A stretch of 64,000 nt of DNA from Octopus sinensis. Lineage: Eukaryota. Below the pieces are notes generated by a model. It was not told the origin of the DNA, did not search any database, and worked only from the letters and a program-made list of their open reading frames with translations. Shown piece after piece: positions 1 through 11,605 of this stretch (position 1 is its first letter; every line of letters begins with the position of its first letter). The stretch covers positions 3,162,001 to 3,226,000 of the forward strand of contig NC_043022.1 in NCBI RefSeq assembly GCF_006345805.1. The letters are read 5' to 3'. The translations under genes were made by a program, and so were the position numbers.

Positions 1-68
1 TCCCTCTTAGCGTATGGCGTGTATGTAGAATGCCTCCTGGCATGTATGTATAATGCCCTCTATAAGAA

Positions 69-99
<31 letters not shown>

Positions 100-106
100 A
101 TATATA

Positions 107-271
107 CGACGGGCTTCTTTCAGTTTCCATCTACCAAATCCACTCACACAAGGCTTTGGTCGGCCCGAGGCTATAGCGGAAAGACACTTGCCAAGGTGCC
201 ACGCAGTGGGACTGAACCCGGAGCCATGTGGTTGGTAAGCAAGCTACTTACCACACAGCCACTCCTGCGCC
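107..271 (-). mobile_element. SINE-A 5' half (tRNA-like head), preceded on + by (TA)n
   Basis: Reverse complement reads GGCGCAGGAGTGGCTGTGTGG...GGTTCAGTCCC (A/B-box-like); same sequence recurs many times in the window. Confidence 0.85.
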
Positions 272-800
272 TATGTGTAATTTTTCAAACAATCTTTGGG
301 CACTTGTTATGGTTATGGTATTGACTTATAAAAATGTTTTATATACTTTATCTGTATATCATGGTTACATAACAAAATACCGCCTTTCTACAGTGTCATT
401 AATGTTAGCGCATTAGGGCAGTACCATATTTAGACCTCAGCCGACCAACCTACAGTCTAAGGTCTCATAATTAAAAGACATATTTTTAAAAATTACGATA
501 TCTTCTTGTAGCAATTTTTATTTTAAAGAGAGCTTCATTCATATTTATATGATCTAAAGCACCACCAATTCTAAATCTAGGCACAGTGTTAGGATGTAGT
601 TTAAGCAAGATTTAGCCGCTATTTATAGCAGATCTAGCGACTGTGGAGAGGCTCCGACTCAGGCCTCGTTGGTTCGAATGCATGTTTGATGTTTGGCTTA
701 TATTTCTCGACTTTCTCACCAATGGACAAAGAAGCGGTTTCAAACCTGGAATCAAGGCGCTTTGATTGGAATTTACACATCATCTACAGTGTTTGTTTGT

Positions 801-1386
801 TATTTCTTTACAGCCCACAAGGGGTTACACACAGAGAGGACAAACGGATTAAGTCGATTATATCGACCCAGTGCGTAACTGGTACTTATTTAATCGACCC
901 ACGAAAGGATGAAAGGCAAAGTCGACCTCGGCGGAATTTGAACTCGGAACGTAACAGCAGACGAAATACCTACTATTTATTTACTACCCACAAGGGGATA
1001 AACACAGAGGGAACAAACAAGGACAGACAAACGGATCAAGTCGATTACATCGACCCCAGTGCGTAACTGGTACTTAATTTATTGACCCTGAAAGGATGAA
1101 AGGCAAAGTCGACCTCGGCGTAATTTGAACTCAGAACGTAACGGCAGACGAAATACCTATTTCTTTATTACCCACAAGGGGCTAAACACAGAGGGGACAA
1201 ACAAGGACAGACATAGGTATTAAGTCGATTACATCGACCCCAGTGCGTAACTGGTACTTAATTTATCGAACCCCGAAAGGATGAAAGGCAAAGTCGACCT
1301 CGGCGGAATTTGAACTCAGAACGTAACGGCAGACAAAATACCGCTAAGCATTTCGCCCGGCGCGCTAACGTTTCTGCCAGTTCGCC
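801..1386 (-). mobile_element. SINE-B multimer: one head plus three tandem bodies
   Basis: Body unit starts near 801, 974 and 1158; single head (GGCGAACTGGCAGAAACGTTAG on -) ends at 1386. Confidence 0.85.
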
Positions 1387-1564
1387 ACATTCAGTGTTTG
1401 TATGCATGTATATGCAACTGCATGCATTCATGGGTATATGTATGCGTGTAAGCACTGTGTGTATGAATGCATGTAATCGTTGTATGGATGCATGAAAAGA
1501 TGTATGTATATGTGCACACGCATACATTTGTGTATGCGTGGAATGTCATTGCATGTGTGGATAT

Positions 1565-1945
1565 ACTCTTTACTCTTTTACTTGTTTCAGTCATTTGACT
1601 GCGGCCATGCTGGAGCACCACCTTTAGTCGAGCAAATCGACCCCGGGACTTATTCTTTGTAAGCCCAGTACTCATTCTATCGCTCTCTTTTGCCGAACCG
1701 CTAAGTGACGGGGGACGTAAACACACCAGCATCGGTTGTCAAGCAATGCTAGGGGGACAAACACAGACACACACACTTATATATACATATATACGACAGG
1801 CTTCTTTCAGTTTCTGTCTACCAAATCCACTCACAAGGCATTGGTTGGCCCGGGGCTATAGCAGAAGACACTTGCCCAAGATGCCACGCAGTGGGACTGA
1901 ACCCGGAACCATACAAGCTACTTACCACACAGCCACTCCTGCACC
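1565..1945 (-). mobile_element. SINE-A, near full length
   Basis: Tail CTCTTTACTCTTTTACTTG, internal (CA)/(TA) tract, head ending CCTGCACC. Confidence 0.9.
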
Positions 1946-1985
1946 TATATATATATATATTTTTTTTTATTTATTTGTGTGTATT

Positions 1986-2347
1986 TTATACTTTTACTTG
2001 TTTCAGTAACTTTGACTGCGGCCATACTGGAGCACTACCTTAAAGGGTTTTAGACGAATAAATCGACCCCCTCCCCCACCAGGCCTTATTCTTTGCAAGC
2101 CTAGCACTTATTTTATCGGAGCTCTTTTGCCGAACCGCAAAGTTACGCGGACATATAAACACATCAGTATCAGTTGTCAAGCAATGACGGATACACATAC
2201 AAACACACACACACACACACACACGCACACATATACACATGGGCTTCTTTCAGTTTCCGTCTACCAAATCCACTCACAAGGCTTCGGTCGGCCCCAAAAC
2301 TTATAGTAGAGGACACTTGCCCAAAGGTCATGTGGTTACACACATCT
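1986..2347 (-). mobile_element. SINE-A, older copy running into the gap
   Basis: Diverged match to the SINE-A tail and middle. Confidence 0.75.
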
Positions 2348-2447
2348 NNNNNNNNNNNNNNNNNNNNNNNNNNNNNNNNNNNNNNNNNNNNNNNNNNNNN
2401 NNNNNNNNNNNNNNNNNNNNNNNNNNNNNNNNNNNNNNNNNNNNNNN
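2348..2447. other. Assembly gap (100 N)
   Basis: Run of N. Confidence 1.
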
Positions 2448-2638
2448 AACAATCAATGAGTCTATTGAGGTGAAACATTCTGGGTTTATTTACATTTCTG
2501 AAGAAAAAAGATACCCCTCCCCCTCCCCTAACCCTAAAAGAGATTAAAATGCAATAGATCTATTCTAGGGTCATAATTATGGGTGACAATTTCATATGAC
2601 ACCGCTAGAAAAAACTGCCGTTCAAACCGTAAAGATCC
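2448..2638 (+). mobile_element. MITE-M 3' part (5' part lost in gap)
   Basis: Ends in TIR AAAACTGCCGTTCAAACCGTAAAGATCC; matches 58612-59050. Confidence 0.85.
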
Positions 2639-2876
2639 CAGGGATATTAATATAGATATGCTGGGTCAAGGATAAAGGGGCCGAGGAAGTGCCTGGCTCT
2701 GCTCCCATTTACAAAATCTATATGAACCAGTTAGCAAAAGCATGATTTATGTGGCACAATGCGACTCACTTCAGTGGAGCGAGAATCTTATATAACCGTC
2801 TGTGAACGTTATATGAAAATAACAATGGCGTTGATTATGGATGTGCAGTGAACCAATTATAACTAATTATTGGTTC

Positions 2877-3295
2877 GGATCTTTTTGGTTTGAACGGCAG
2901 TTTTTTCTAGCAGTGTCATATGAAATTGTCACCCAGAATTATGACCCTAGTATCGATCTATTGCATTTCAATCTCTTTTAGGGTTAGTTATGGTTAAGGT
3001 TAGGGGTGGGGGAAGGGTATCTTTTTTTCTTCACAAATGTAAATAAATCCAATCTGTTTCTTAAACGAGGGACATATTCATACAGCACAGAATGCTTTTT
3101 AACTCTGTAGACGTCATTGATTGGTTGAAATTGCAGAAATTGAAGGAAAAAAAACAAGAAATATCTTACAAACTATAAAATTTTCTCAATAAAGCCAAGA
3201 GAAAAAGATGTTCTATAAACACATTCTACCAGTTTAAAATTTTTTTAATTACCTAGAAATTATGTTAAAAACTGCCATTCAAACCGAAAAGATCC
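2877..3295 (-). mobile_element. MITE-M, full length, 8-bp TSD
   Basis: TIRs GGATCTTTTTGGTTTGAACGGCAGTTTTT / AAAAACTGCCATTCAAACCGAAAAGATCC; TSD ATTGGTTC at 2869-2876 and 3296-3303. Confidence 0.9.
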
Positions 3296-3496
3296 ATTGG
3301 TTCACCCCGTATTTTATGTTGATAGTTACTAGGGATTGAATGTGCAACTCGGGTGAAACATGCATCACATGGAACATCTTTCGAAAAGTACCTGTCTATC
3401 GTGTCTTTTCTGTCGAGGCCAGCAGAAACTCGTTCATGCTTGCGTACACTCCCTTCTCTCTCTCTCATTCTCTCTCCACACACACAGAGTCACGGA

Positions 3497-3560
3497 CAGA
3501 TGAATTTGCAGTCTAACTATTTCAGGTGCTCTTTTATGAATTGAAAATCCTAACGGTGGA
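3497..3560 (-). pseudogene. Helitron Rep fragment (LGFSIHKRAPEIVRLQIHL)
   Basis: Near-duplicate of 4730-4790; matches the conserved Helitron segment after Rep motif 3. Confidence 0.65.
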
Positions 3561-3592
3561 ACTCGTAATACATAATGTTATAAATAATCCTT

Positions 3593-3788
3593 ATTTTGGC
3601 ACAAAGCCAGCAAATTTGAGAGGTGGGGAAGTTGATTACATCAGCCCCAATGTTCAACTGGTCCCTATTTTATCAACCCCAAAATGACGAAAGGCAAATT
3701 CGACCTCGACAGCATTTGAACTCAGTCGGATGAAATGCTGTTGAGCCTTTTGACCGATGTGCTAACACTTCTACCAGGTCACCGCCTT
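3593..3788 (-). mobile_element. SINE-B variant (B2 tail), diverged
   Basis: Shared head and central domain; different tail (CCTTATTTTGGCACAAAGCC on +). Confidence 0.7.
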
Positions 3789-3920
3789 AAGTAAAGCTAT
3801 AAATAGAAGCATGGAGAATATTGGATTAGAAAAATTCTTGGATAGAAAAAAAGTTGGAAGCTGCCCATGGGAAGCGATGTAGACATGGTAGATATGTTAC
3901 CATTTATATATACTAGATGT

Positions 3921-4151
3921 ACCTGTTTCTTTATTACCCACAAGGGGCTAAACACAGAGAGAACAAACAAGGACAGACAAACGGATTAAGTCGATTACAT
4001 CGACCCCAGTGCGTAACTGGTACTTAATTTATCGACCTCGTAAGGATGAAAGGCAAAGTCGACCTCAGCGGAATTTGAACTCAGAACGTAACGGCAGACG
4101 AAATATGGCTACGCATTTCGCCCAGCGTGCTAACGTTTCTGCCAGCTCGCC
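3921..4151 (-). mobile_element. SINE-B monomer
   Basis: Complete head and body. Confidence 0.9.
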
Positions 4152-4152
4152 A

Positions 4153-4425
4153 TTGGGTTACAACCACTCCTAGTTGAAAATGTTGAACGTCATGCAATAC
4201 AATTCTTAAATAATACACTTCTCCTGCCTTTGGTGTGACAACACAAACACAACCAAATGTTTCTTCGTTGAAAACATTCAAATGTCCTTCAACTGTTTTT
4301 CCCTCACTTTCTTCTTTGCCATTCTTTGTTCCAAGTGAAATACACGGGTACTTCCAGAATAAAGTAATGTTTCTGCAAAGTCATTATTGATGCACAATGA
4401 AAAGAATTCTTTGATGTGTCGGCAT
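4153..4425 (-). pseudogene. Helitron Rep/helicase linker remnant
   Basis: Translates, with a frameshift and a stop, to EFFSLCINNDFAETLLY/EVPVYFTWNKEWQRRK*GKTVEGH...PKAGEVYYLRIVL, collinear with Helitron FFxL..TxLY.xIPxYxTW...YLRLLL. Confidence 0.75.
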
Positions 4426-4534
4426 TTTCAACTTGATTTTTTTTTCTTAAAGGGAGCAATGACTATTTTATGTATAATCTTTATCATCTTAATCAAATGT
4501 CAGGATTAGTATAGTATAGTATAATATAATATAA

Positions 4535-4680
4535 TCTCTCTATATATAAATGGTAAAATGTCTGCGTGCGTGTCCTTTATACAAATCCACAATTTTTCAG
4601 TTAGAAGGCTCGCACTTTCTATGGTCATTCAAAACCATCCAAAACCCAATCAAAATGCCTGAAGTTGGATAAATGATACA
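4535..4680 (+). mobile_element. Non-autonomous Helitron N2, 3'-truncated, internal deletion
   Basis: A|TCTCTCTATATATAAA start; matches the 5' part of 6117-6497. Confidence 0.75.
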
Positions 4681-4689
4681 TATATATAT

Positions 4690-4918
4690 CCCCATAATTT
4701 CTCAGCAATATTCTTTGTTCCTCCGGTAGATGAATTTGCAGCCTCACTATTTCAGATGCTCTTTTATGAATTGAAAATCCTAAAATGGATGCAACTGCTT
4801 TGGGTGGTCCAATATACCTACCCATTAAATATTGATTAATTTCATTATGATTATTTATTTGAACGGCAGCTTGGTCATTTCCTTTTAGCGTGTACTTGAC
4901 GTACTTAACTGACCTCAC
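4690..4918 (-). pseudogene. Helitron Rep motif-3 remnant
   Basis: ORF 4625-4918: SVKYVKYTLKGND...EINQYLMGRYIGPPKAVASILGFSIHKR...RLQIHLPEEQ. Confidence 0.85.
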
Positions 4919-5011
4919 TGCGACAACGATTTCGATGTTGCTGAAGCATTTGAATGCTCTTAAAAGACTTCAATTATAAGGTACAACATATTTGTTGTTT
5001 TTTTGTTTTGT

Positions 5012-5237
5012 TTTTTTTTGTACTTGTTTCAGACATTTGACTGCGGCCATGCTGGAGCACCGCCTTTAGAGTGGTGAAAGAGTACAGCAGGGATCACCAC
5101 ATCCCGCCGGAGCCTCGTGGAGCTTTTAGGTGTTTTTTTCGCTCAATAAACACACACAACGCCCGGTCTGGGAATCGAAACCGCGATCCTCCGACCGCAA
5201 GTCCGCTGCCCTAACCACTAGGCCATTGCGCCTCCAC
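5012..5237 (-). mobile_element. SINE-A tail fragment fused to SINE-C head fragment
   Basis: TTGTTTCAGACATTTGACTGCGGCC...GCCTTTAG directly joined to GTGGTGAAAGAGTACAGC...GCGCCTCCAC. Confidence 0.75.
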
Positions 5238-5364
5238 TGTTTGTTTGCTTTTCCGTTCTTATGAAATTCAACTTCTTCCATTGCAACTGATCTTCGTCTA
5301 TAAAGAGATAGTCCTCTTTGTTTTTTCTGCCTTTTTGATTAAGATGATAAAGATTAATATTTTA

Positions 5365-5795
5365 TCTCTCTATATATAAACGGCAGTTTGTCTGTCTGTG
5401 TGTCTGTCAGGTTGTACCCTCACCCTGACCACAGCTTTCAACCGATTCTGATGAAACTTGACACACACATAGCCCAATGTCATAATTCAAAACTAATGCA
5501 GCGAAAATTTTGAAAAGTTCCCCCAGTTCTGAAAAAATCGATAAATTCAATATGGGGTCGAGAATCTAAGCTTTTTATATGCAACACATTTTCTGTCTAG
5601 GGGACACAACTCGACCTTTTTATCGGCCAAAGGGACAGCTAGGAACGTCTTATACACAGAAGTATTCAAGTGAAGGGAAAACATTGCAACCTACACGTGC
5701 GCCTTCGTTCCCTAGAGGGAAAGGACTAGTTTGGGATTAGTTGTTGCCTACTAGGGGCTCTTATATACCCGGGCAACGCTGGGCTATGCTGCTAG
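5365..5795 (+). mobile_element. Non-autonomous Helitron N1
   Basis: A|TC start, 3' hairpin CCCGGGCAACGCTGGG, CTAG|T end, no TSD. Confidence 0.9.
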
Positions 5796-6116
5796 TCTTA
5801 AATAAAATAGTAATTTTCCTCTTTAAGAAACAAAATAAAAATCAAGTACTTGTGATTCAAAAGATATCTCATAAAAATATGAGAATTTCTATCTTTCAGT
5901 CCACGGCACTCGAAAGTTGTATAAATGATTAAGAGAAGGAAAAACACAGTAGGAAAAAAAAGGACGGACGGATGGACGGCCGTAGCTGGGACGACTCTTT
6001 GAAGTCATTTTCAACTTGATTTTTTTTCTTAAAGGGAGCAATGGCTATTTTATTTATAATCTTTATCATCTTAATCAAATGTCAGGATTAGTATAGTATA
6101 GTATAATATAATATAA

Positions 6117-6497
6117 TCTCTCTATATATAAACGGCAAAATGTCTGTCTGTGTGTGTGTGTCCTTTATACAAATCCACAATTTTTCAGTTAGAAGGCTCG
6201 CACTTTCTATGGTCATTCAAAACCATCCAAGGGTGGTCGTGCACATCTTTACATTTCCCCAGTCGACCTGCAAAGTCATTAAAAAAATCAACAGAAGTGA
6301 CTTTTTTGTAAATTTTCTATCCAAAACCCAATCAAAATGCCTGAAACTTGATACGCCAATTGAATGCCAGCTAGCTGTATGTGATTGGTCGGAGATTTGG
6401 AGAGTACTTGCGTGTATGTGCGCACGCACACAGCTGTATATGCATGCACTAGCACACTGTATATGCATACACTAGCAACGCCGGGTCATACTGCTAG
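6117..6497 (+). mobile_element. Non-autonomous Helitron N2
   Basis: A|TC start, GCAACGCCGGG, CTAG|T end. Confidence 0.85.
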
Positions 6498-6507
6498 TAT
6501 AATATAA

Positions 6508-6652
6508 TCATCATCATCATCATCGTTTAATGTTCGCTTTCCATGCTAGCATGGGTTGGACGGTTCAACTGGGGTCTGGGGAGCCCGAAGGCTGCACCAG
6601 GCCAGTCAGATCTGGCAGTGTTTCTGCAGCTGGATGCCCTTCCTAACGCCAA
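6508..6652 (-). mobile_element. SINE-E 3' part with (GAT)n tail
   Basis: Matches 36727-36875; stops at a (TATAA)n tract. Confidence 0.8.
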
Positions 6653-7227
6653 TATAATATAATATAATATAATATAATATAACACACACACATACAGAGA
6701 AATGTGTGTGTATACACACCACACACACACGCAATGGGTTTCTGCACAGTTTGCGCTCCTCAGCAAAATACTGCACCGGAGTATTAAACCGGAACCCACA
6801 AAACAATCTACCCTGTACCACAATTGTTCTCAGCACCTATTCGTGAAAGAAACATTAAAAAATAAATAAAACGAAAGGGTGGGATTGGACCGGCAGTAAA
6901 TTGGGGTGGGTGGGTGGAAAGAGTAGCTTTAAAAAAGTACAAATGTTCCAAGAACCGTTAACATAGATGGGATTTGTGCATGCAGTACGTTTCTGTAATG
7001 AACACCACACCTACCAGTCAGAAATAAAGTCTTAATAAATCGCTATCAAATGCTTAAGATCTGACCTTTGCTTTTAGTACACATTCAGGTTCGTGTGTTT
7101 ATGTTCTTATTCATGGTTTTTGTTTATTTATAGTTCTTGTTTAATCTTCCAATATCATCGACTAACGCAATCTTTGTTCCGAGTCGTTTGAGTTGGGACA
7201 AATTGTTTTTTCGTTTTGTGAGAGAGA

Positions 7228-7394
7228 AAGAAAGGAAGGAAGGAAGGAAGAAAGAAAGACATGTAGATAGATAGATAGATAGATAGATAGGGAGAGAGAA
7301 ATGGATAGATAGACTGGATTGATAGACTAGATAGATAGATAGATAGGGAGAGAGAAATGGATAGACTGGAGAGATAGACTGGCTTGATAGACTG

Positions 7395-7427
<33 letters not shown>

Positions 7428-7565
7428 GGAGAGAGAAATGGGTAGATAGGTTGGAGACATAGACTGGATAGATAGATAGATAGATATAGACAGACAGACA
7501 GACAGATACATAGATGGATAGATATAGATGGACAGATAGATACATACATATATAGATATAGATAT
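7228..7565. repeat. (GAAG)n/(GATA)n compound microsatellite
   Basis: Directly visible; another GATA tract at about 8085-8215. Confidence 0.95.
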
Positions 7566-7846
7566 AATCAATAAAAAAGGGTAGAATTAATTAATTATTA
7601 ATTAATTCGACCGAGCAGTGTTCGGTATGTAAAATGACCATTTACGGTATATTTGAAATATTACTTTATAAAAATAGGGTAAAGTAAATTATACCGAGCT
7701 TTTTAGAAATAGCAGCCAAAAATTTGGCTATTTCTTCTACTGCAAGAAAAAGTCTCCCAGACAATGCATACTCACATGGGTGGACAGGGAGAATGCTAGA
7801 TCTCATTTTTGGATTCTGATATAGATATAGATAGATAGATATTTAA

Positions 7847-8067
7847 CCCTTTAGCATTTAAACCGACCATATCCGGCCAAAAGTATTCTGCCTGTTTTAT
7901 GTTCAAACTGGCCAGATCTGGTCTCTCACACCAGCCCTACAATATCGTTTTAAAAATTAACAGCTACCTCATCAAAATCTCATAGCTACAAGATAATGCA
8001 TGATTAGTTCGAAACAAAGTGGATGAAAAAGCATTAATTTTAGCAGAATAATGTGAACACTAAAGGA
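7847..8067. mobile_element. piggyBac-like MITE
   Basis: TTAA|CCCTTTAG ... CTAAAGGA|TTAA (TTAA TSD, short TIR). Confidence 0.75.
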
Positions 8068-8694
8068 TTAAATAGATACACACAAACGTATAGATAGATA
8101 GATATAGATAGACAGATAGACTAAATAGACAGACAGATACATAGATGGATAGATATAAATAGATAGATACATAGATACAAATAGATAGATAGATAGATAG
8201 ATGGACAGGTAGATAAGAAGGATGAGGGCAAAGGAAAGTGATGTCTGTGGTTATAGCTATGTGGTTAAGTTCTGCTCGAGTTCCGAGTTCGATTCAGTTG
8301 TGTGGCACATTGGGTATTGGTTGAGTGAGTGTCTTCCAAGGTATTGGTCAACAAGAGACCAGTACTTTGTGCGAGAAATTTGATAGCTGGAAACTGTACG
8401 GAAGCCCATCGCTCATATATTATAGTTTCCTGTCTTTCAACAATGAGTATTCTGTTGTTCGATCTGATTTACCTGCTCCTGAATTAGCGTATATGTGACT
8501 GAGTATTCCATAGACACTGCCAGTTCGCCACCTGTCAGTGCTACGTCCCTTGGCGTAAGAAAAACAAAATACGTAACTTAGCTTTCTGATCTATAGAGAT
8601 CGATAAAACAAGTACCAGACTGCTATTTTGATCGACGAAGAATCTTGAAGGCGTTGCTGTAGCTTGGTCACAATCCAACGACTGAAACACACAC

Positions 8695-9215
8695 ATCTTG
8701 TTTCAGTCATCTGGCTGCGGCCATGCTGGGGCACCACTTTAGGGAATTTTAGTTGAGCGAATCAACCCCAGTATTTATTCCTTTATCAAGCCTGGCACTT
8801 ATTCCATCGGTCTCTTTTATCGAACTGCTAAGTTACAGGGACACAAACAAACCAACATTGGTTGTCAAGCAGTAGTGGTGGGTGACAAACACTGACACTC
8901 AGTTATACACACGTCGGGCTTCATCCAGTTTCCATCTACTGAATCCACTCCTCAGGCTTTGGTTAGCCCAAGGCTATAGTAGAAGACACTTGCCCGAGGT
9001 GTCACACAGTGGGATTGAACCCAGAACCTTGTGGATGGGAAGCAAACTCCTTAGTGATACACACGTCGGGCTTCATCCAGTTTCCATCTACTGAATCCAC
9101 TCCTCAGGCTTCGGTTAGCCCAAGGCTATAGTAGAAGACACTTGCCCGAGGTGTCACACAGTGGGACTGAACCCGGAACCTTGTTGCTTGGATGGGAAGC
9201 TAACTCCTTACAACC
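8695..9215 (-). mobile_element. Old SINE-A with 152-bp internal tandem duplication
   Basis: ACGTCGGGCTTCATCC at 8911 and 9063, sharing private variants. Confidence 0.8.
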
Positions 9216-9336
9216 AAGACGAGGGGTGATAGTGACTTTGAAGTTTTGGCCTGTTATCCTTTGTCAGAGGAAAGCTGGCTGGCCGAAACTTCGAAGTCGC
9301 TGTCACTGCTTTTGTAAATGTATAATACCTATATAT

Positions 9337-9566
9337 ATTTCTTTACTACCCACAAGGAGCTAAACACAGAGGGGACAAACAAGGACAGACAAAGCGATTA
9401 AGTCGATTCTATCGACCCCAGTGCGTAACTGGTACTTCTTTAATTGACCCCGAAAGGATGAAAGACAAAGTCAACCTCGGTGGAATTTGAACTCAGAACG
9501 TAACGGCAGACGAAATACGACTACGCATTTCGCCCGGCGTGCTACCATTTCTGCCAGCTCGCCGCC
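9337..9566 (-). mobile_element. SINE-B monomer
   Basis: Complete head and body. Confidence 0.9.
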
Positions 9567-10154
9567 TTAATACATATATAATCTACAAAAGATTATCGAA
9601 TAATCCTTCAGTTTAATAGCAAATTGATTTTTTTATAACTAGACACAGAAACAAGCATAATGTGTGTGTGTATAAAAAGATTCATTCAGTCGTCCAAACG
9701 AAAATTTACTTTTTTCTTTTAAGAGAAAGGAGTAAATATTGATTCCCACTTATTGATATTTGTTTAGTTTTTGTCAGGAATAAAATAGTTTGAGGAAATA
9801 ATTCTCAGAGCAGTTTTCTTTTAATGCTGCAAATCAAGTTTGTGCCTGCACTTTGTATAGCCATACTGGAGCAGTGGTTGTTGCACTTGGCTGTAGGTTT
9901 ATTGTATCAGTTTTGTTTCGTAGAAAGTTGTCTAACAGCCTTGAATGTCTATCGTTTGTATTTATATTCTGGCACGATTCTATAGCAATGGGCTTCCATA
10001 CAATTGACGCTGTTTAGACCTTTAACCCATTAAGTAGGTGAGGGAAAGGGAAAAGAAGAGAGGAGAATGGTGTAAGAAAGGTAGTTTTTCTTTTTTATTC
10101 TTTTACAGGTTTCAGTCATTTGGCCTTGAAGGATTTTAGTCGAGCAAATGGACT

Positions 10155-10718
10155 CCAGTCACTAGCGTAGTTAGGTAAGGGTGGTCGGTCCACCCCGGTG
10201 TAAAATTTTTTTCCCACAAGAGTTCCGGACCCCATCCAGTCACTAGCGTAGTTAGGTAAGGGTGGTCGGTCCACCCCGGTGTAAAATTTTTTCCCACGAG
10301 AGTTCCGGACCCCATCCAGTCACTAGCGTAGTTAGGTAAGGGTGGTCGGTCCACCCCGGTGTAAAAATTTTTTCCCACGAGAGTTCCGGACCCCATCCAG
10401 TCACTAGCGTAGTTAGGTAAGGGTGGTCGGTCTACCCCGGTGTAAAATTTTTTCCCACGAGAGTTCCGGACCCCATCCAGTCACTAGCGTAGTTAGGTAA
10501 GGGTGGTCGGTCCACCCTGGTGTAAAAAATTTTTCCCACGAGAGTTCCGGACCCCATCCAGTCACTAGTGTAGTTAGGTAAGGGTGGTCGGTCCACCCCG
10601 GTGTAAAATTTTTTTCCCACGAGAGTTCCAGACCCCATTCAGTCACTAGCGTAGTTAGGTAAGGGTGGTCGGTCCACCCCGGTGTAAAATTTTTTTCCCA
10701 CGAGAGTTCTGGATCCCA
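10155..10718 (+). repeat. 7 x 80-81-bp tandem repeat
   Basis: Units start at 10155, 10236, 10316, 10397, 10477, 10558 and about 10638; near-identical. Confidence 0.97.
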
Positions 10719-11088
10719 GTTATGAACTCATTTACATACAATCAGAGTTCAACTATCAAATTGCTGTTCATCTTGTCATGAAAATACTCTGGTTGAGTTC
10801 AGTTGAAAATGTGTGTTATAGCAAACTCTAACTGTTCTAAACCTGACTGGCTGTACTGTAGTAGTACCCATTATGTGGATTTTCAAGGTGAGCTCTGATT
10901 GGCTGTATGCAAATGAGTACTTTACTGGGGTCCGGAACTCTCGTTTGAAAAAAATTTTGCGCCTTGGGTGGTACTTTTAAAGGGGTGGCATTTTTGGGTC
11001 TGCTGTAGGCAATGTGATTTTCTGTGGGGTCCGGGAGCGGCAAAAGGAAGCCCCGCCCTGGGCAGCACACACTCCAGTTATGCTAGTG
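10160..11088. mobile_element. hAT-like MITE inserted in an old SINE-A tail
   Basis: TIR CACTAGCGTAG / TTATGCTAGTG; 8-bp TSD ACTCCAGT at 10152-10159 and 11089-11096. Confidence 0.8.
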
Positions 11089-11221
11089 ACTCCAGTTCTT
11101 ATTTTTCAATTTTGGTGTGTATTCTATTGGTCTCTTTTTGCCGAACTGCTGGGTTACGGAGACGTAAACAAACCAACACTAGTTGTCAAGCGGTGGGGGT
11201 AGGGACACGAACACACATGAT

Positions 11222-11565
11222 ATGGCGTGTGGTAAAGAGTTTGTTTCCCACCGGCATCGCTTTGGGTTCAGTCTCACTGCGTAGCAACTTCGGCAGGTGC
11301 TTCCTACTACACCCCCGGGTCAACCAAAGCCTTACAAAAGGATTTGGTTGAAGGAAACTGAAAGAAGTCCATCGTGTGTGTATGTGTGTGTGTGTGTCTT
11401 TATGTTTGTGTTTGTCCCCCAGCACCTCTAACAACCGGCTTTTGTTTGTTTATGTCCTGATGACTTAGCAGTTCAACAATAGTGGTTGAAAGAATAACTA
11501 CCAGGCTTGAAAATTGTGTAGTTGTTGATTTGTTCGACTCACCCCTTCAAGGCGATGCCCCAGCA
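11222..11565 (+). mobile_element. Old SINE-A
   Basis: Degenerate head GGCGTGTGGTAAAGAG...GGTTCAGTCTC and middle. Confidence 0.65.
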
Positions 11566-11605
11566 AAGAAAATAAAATAAAACACACACACACACACACA
11601 CACAT

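Noticed and set aside
10155-10718. CRISPR-like array
   Set aside because: Units are contiguous and near-identical with no unique spacers; eukaryotic context; explained as an amplified MITE end
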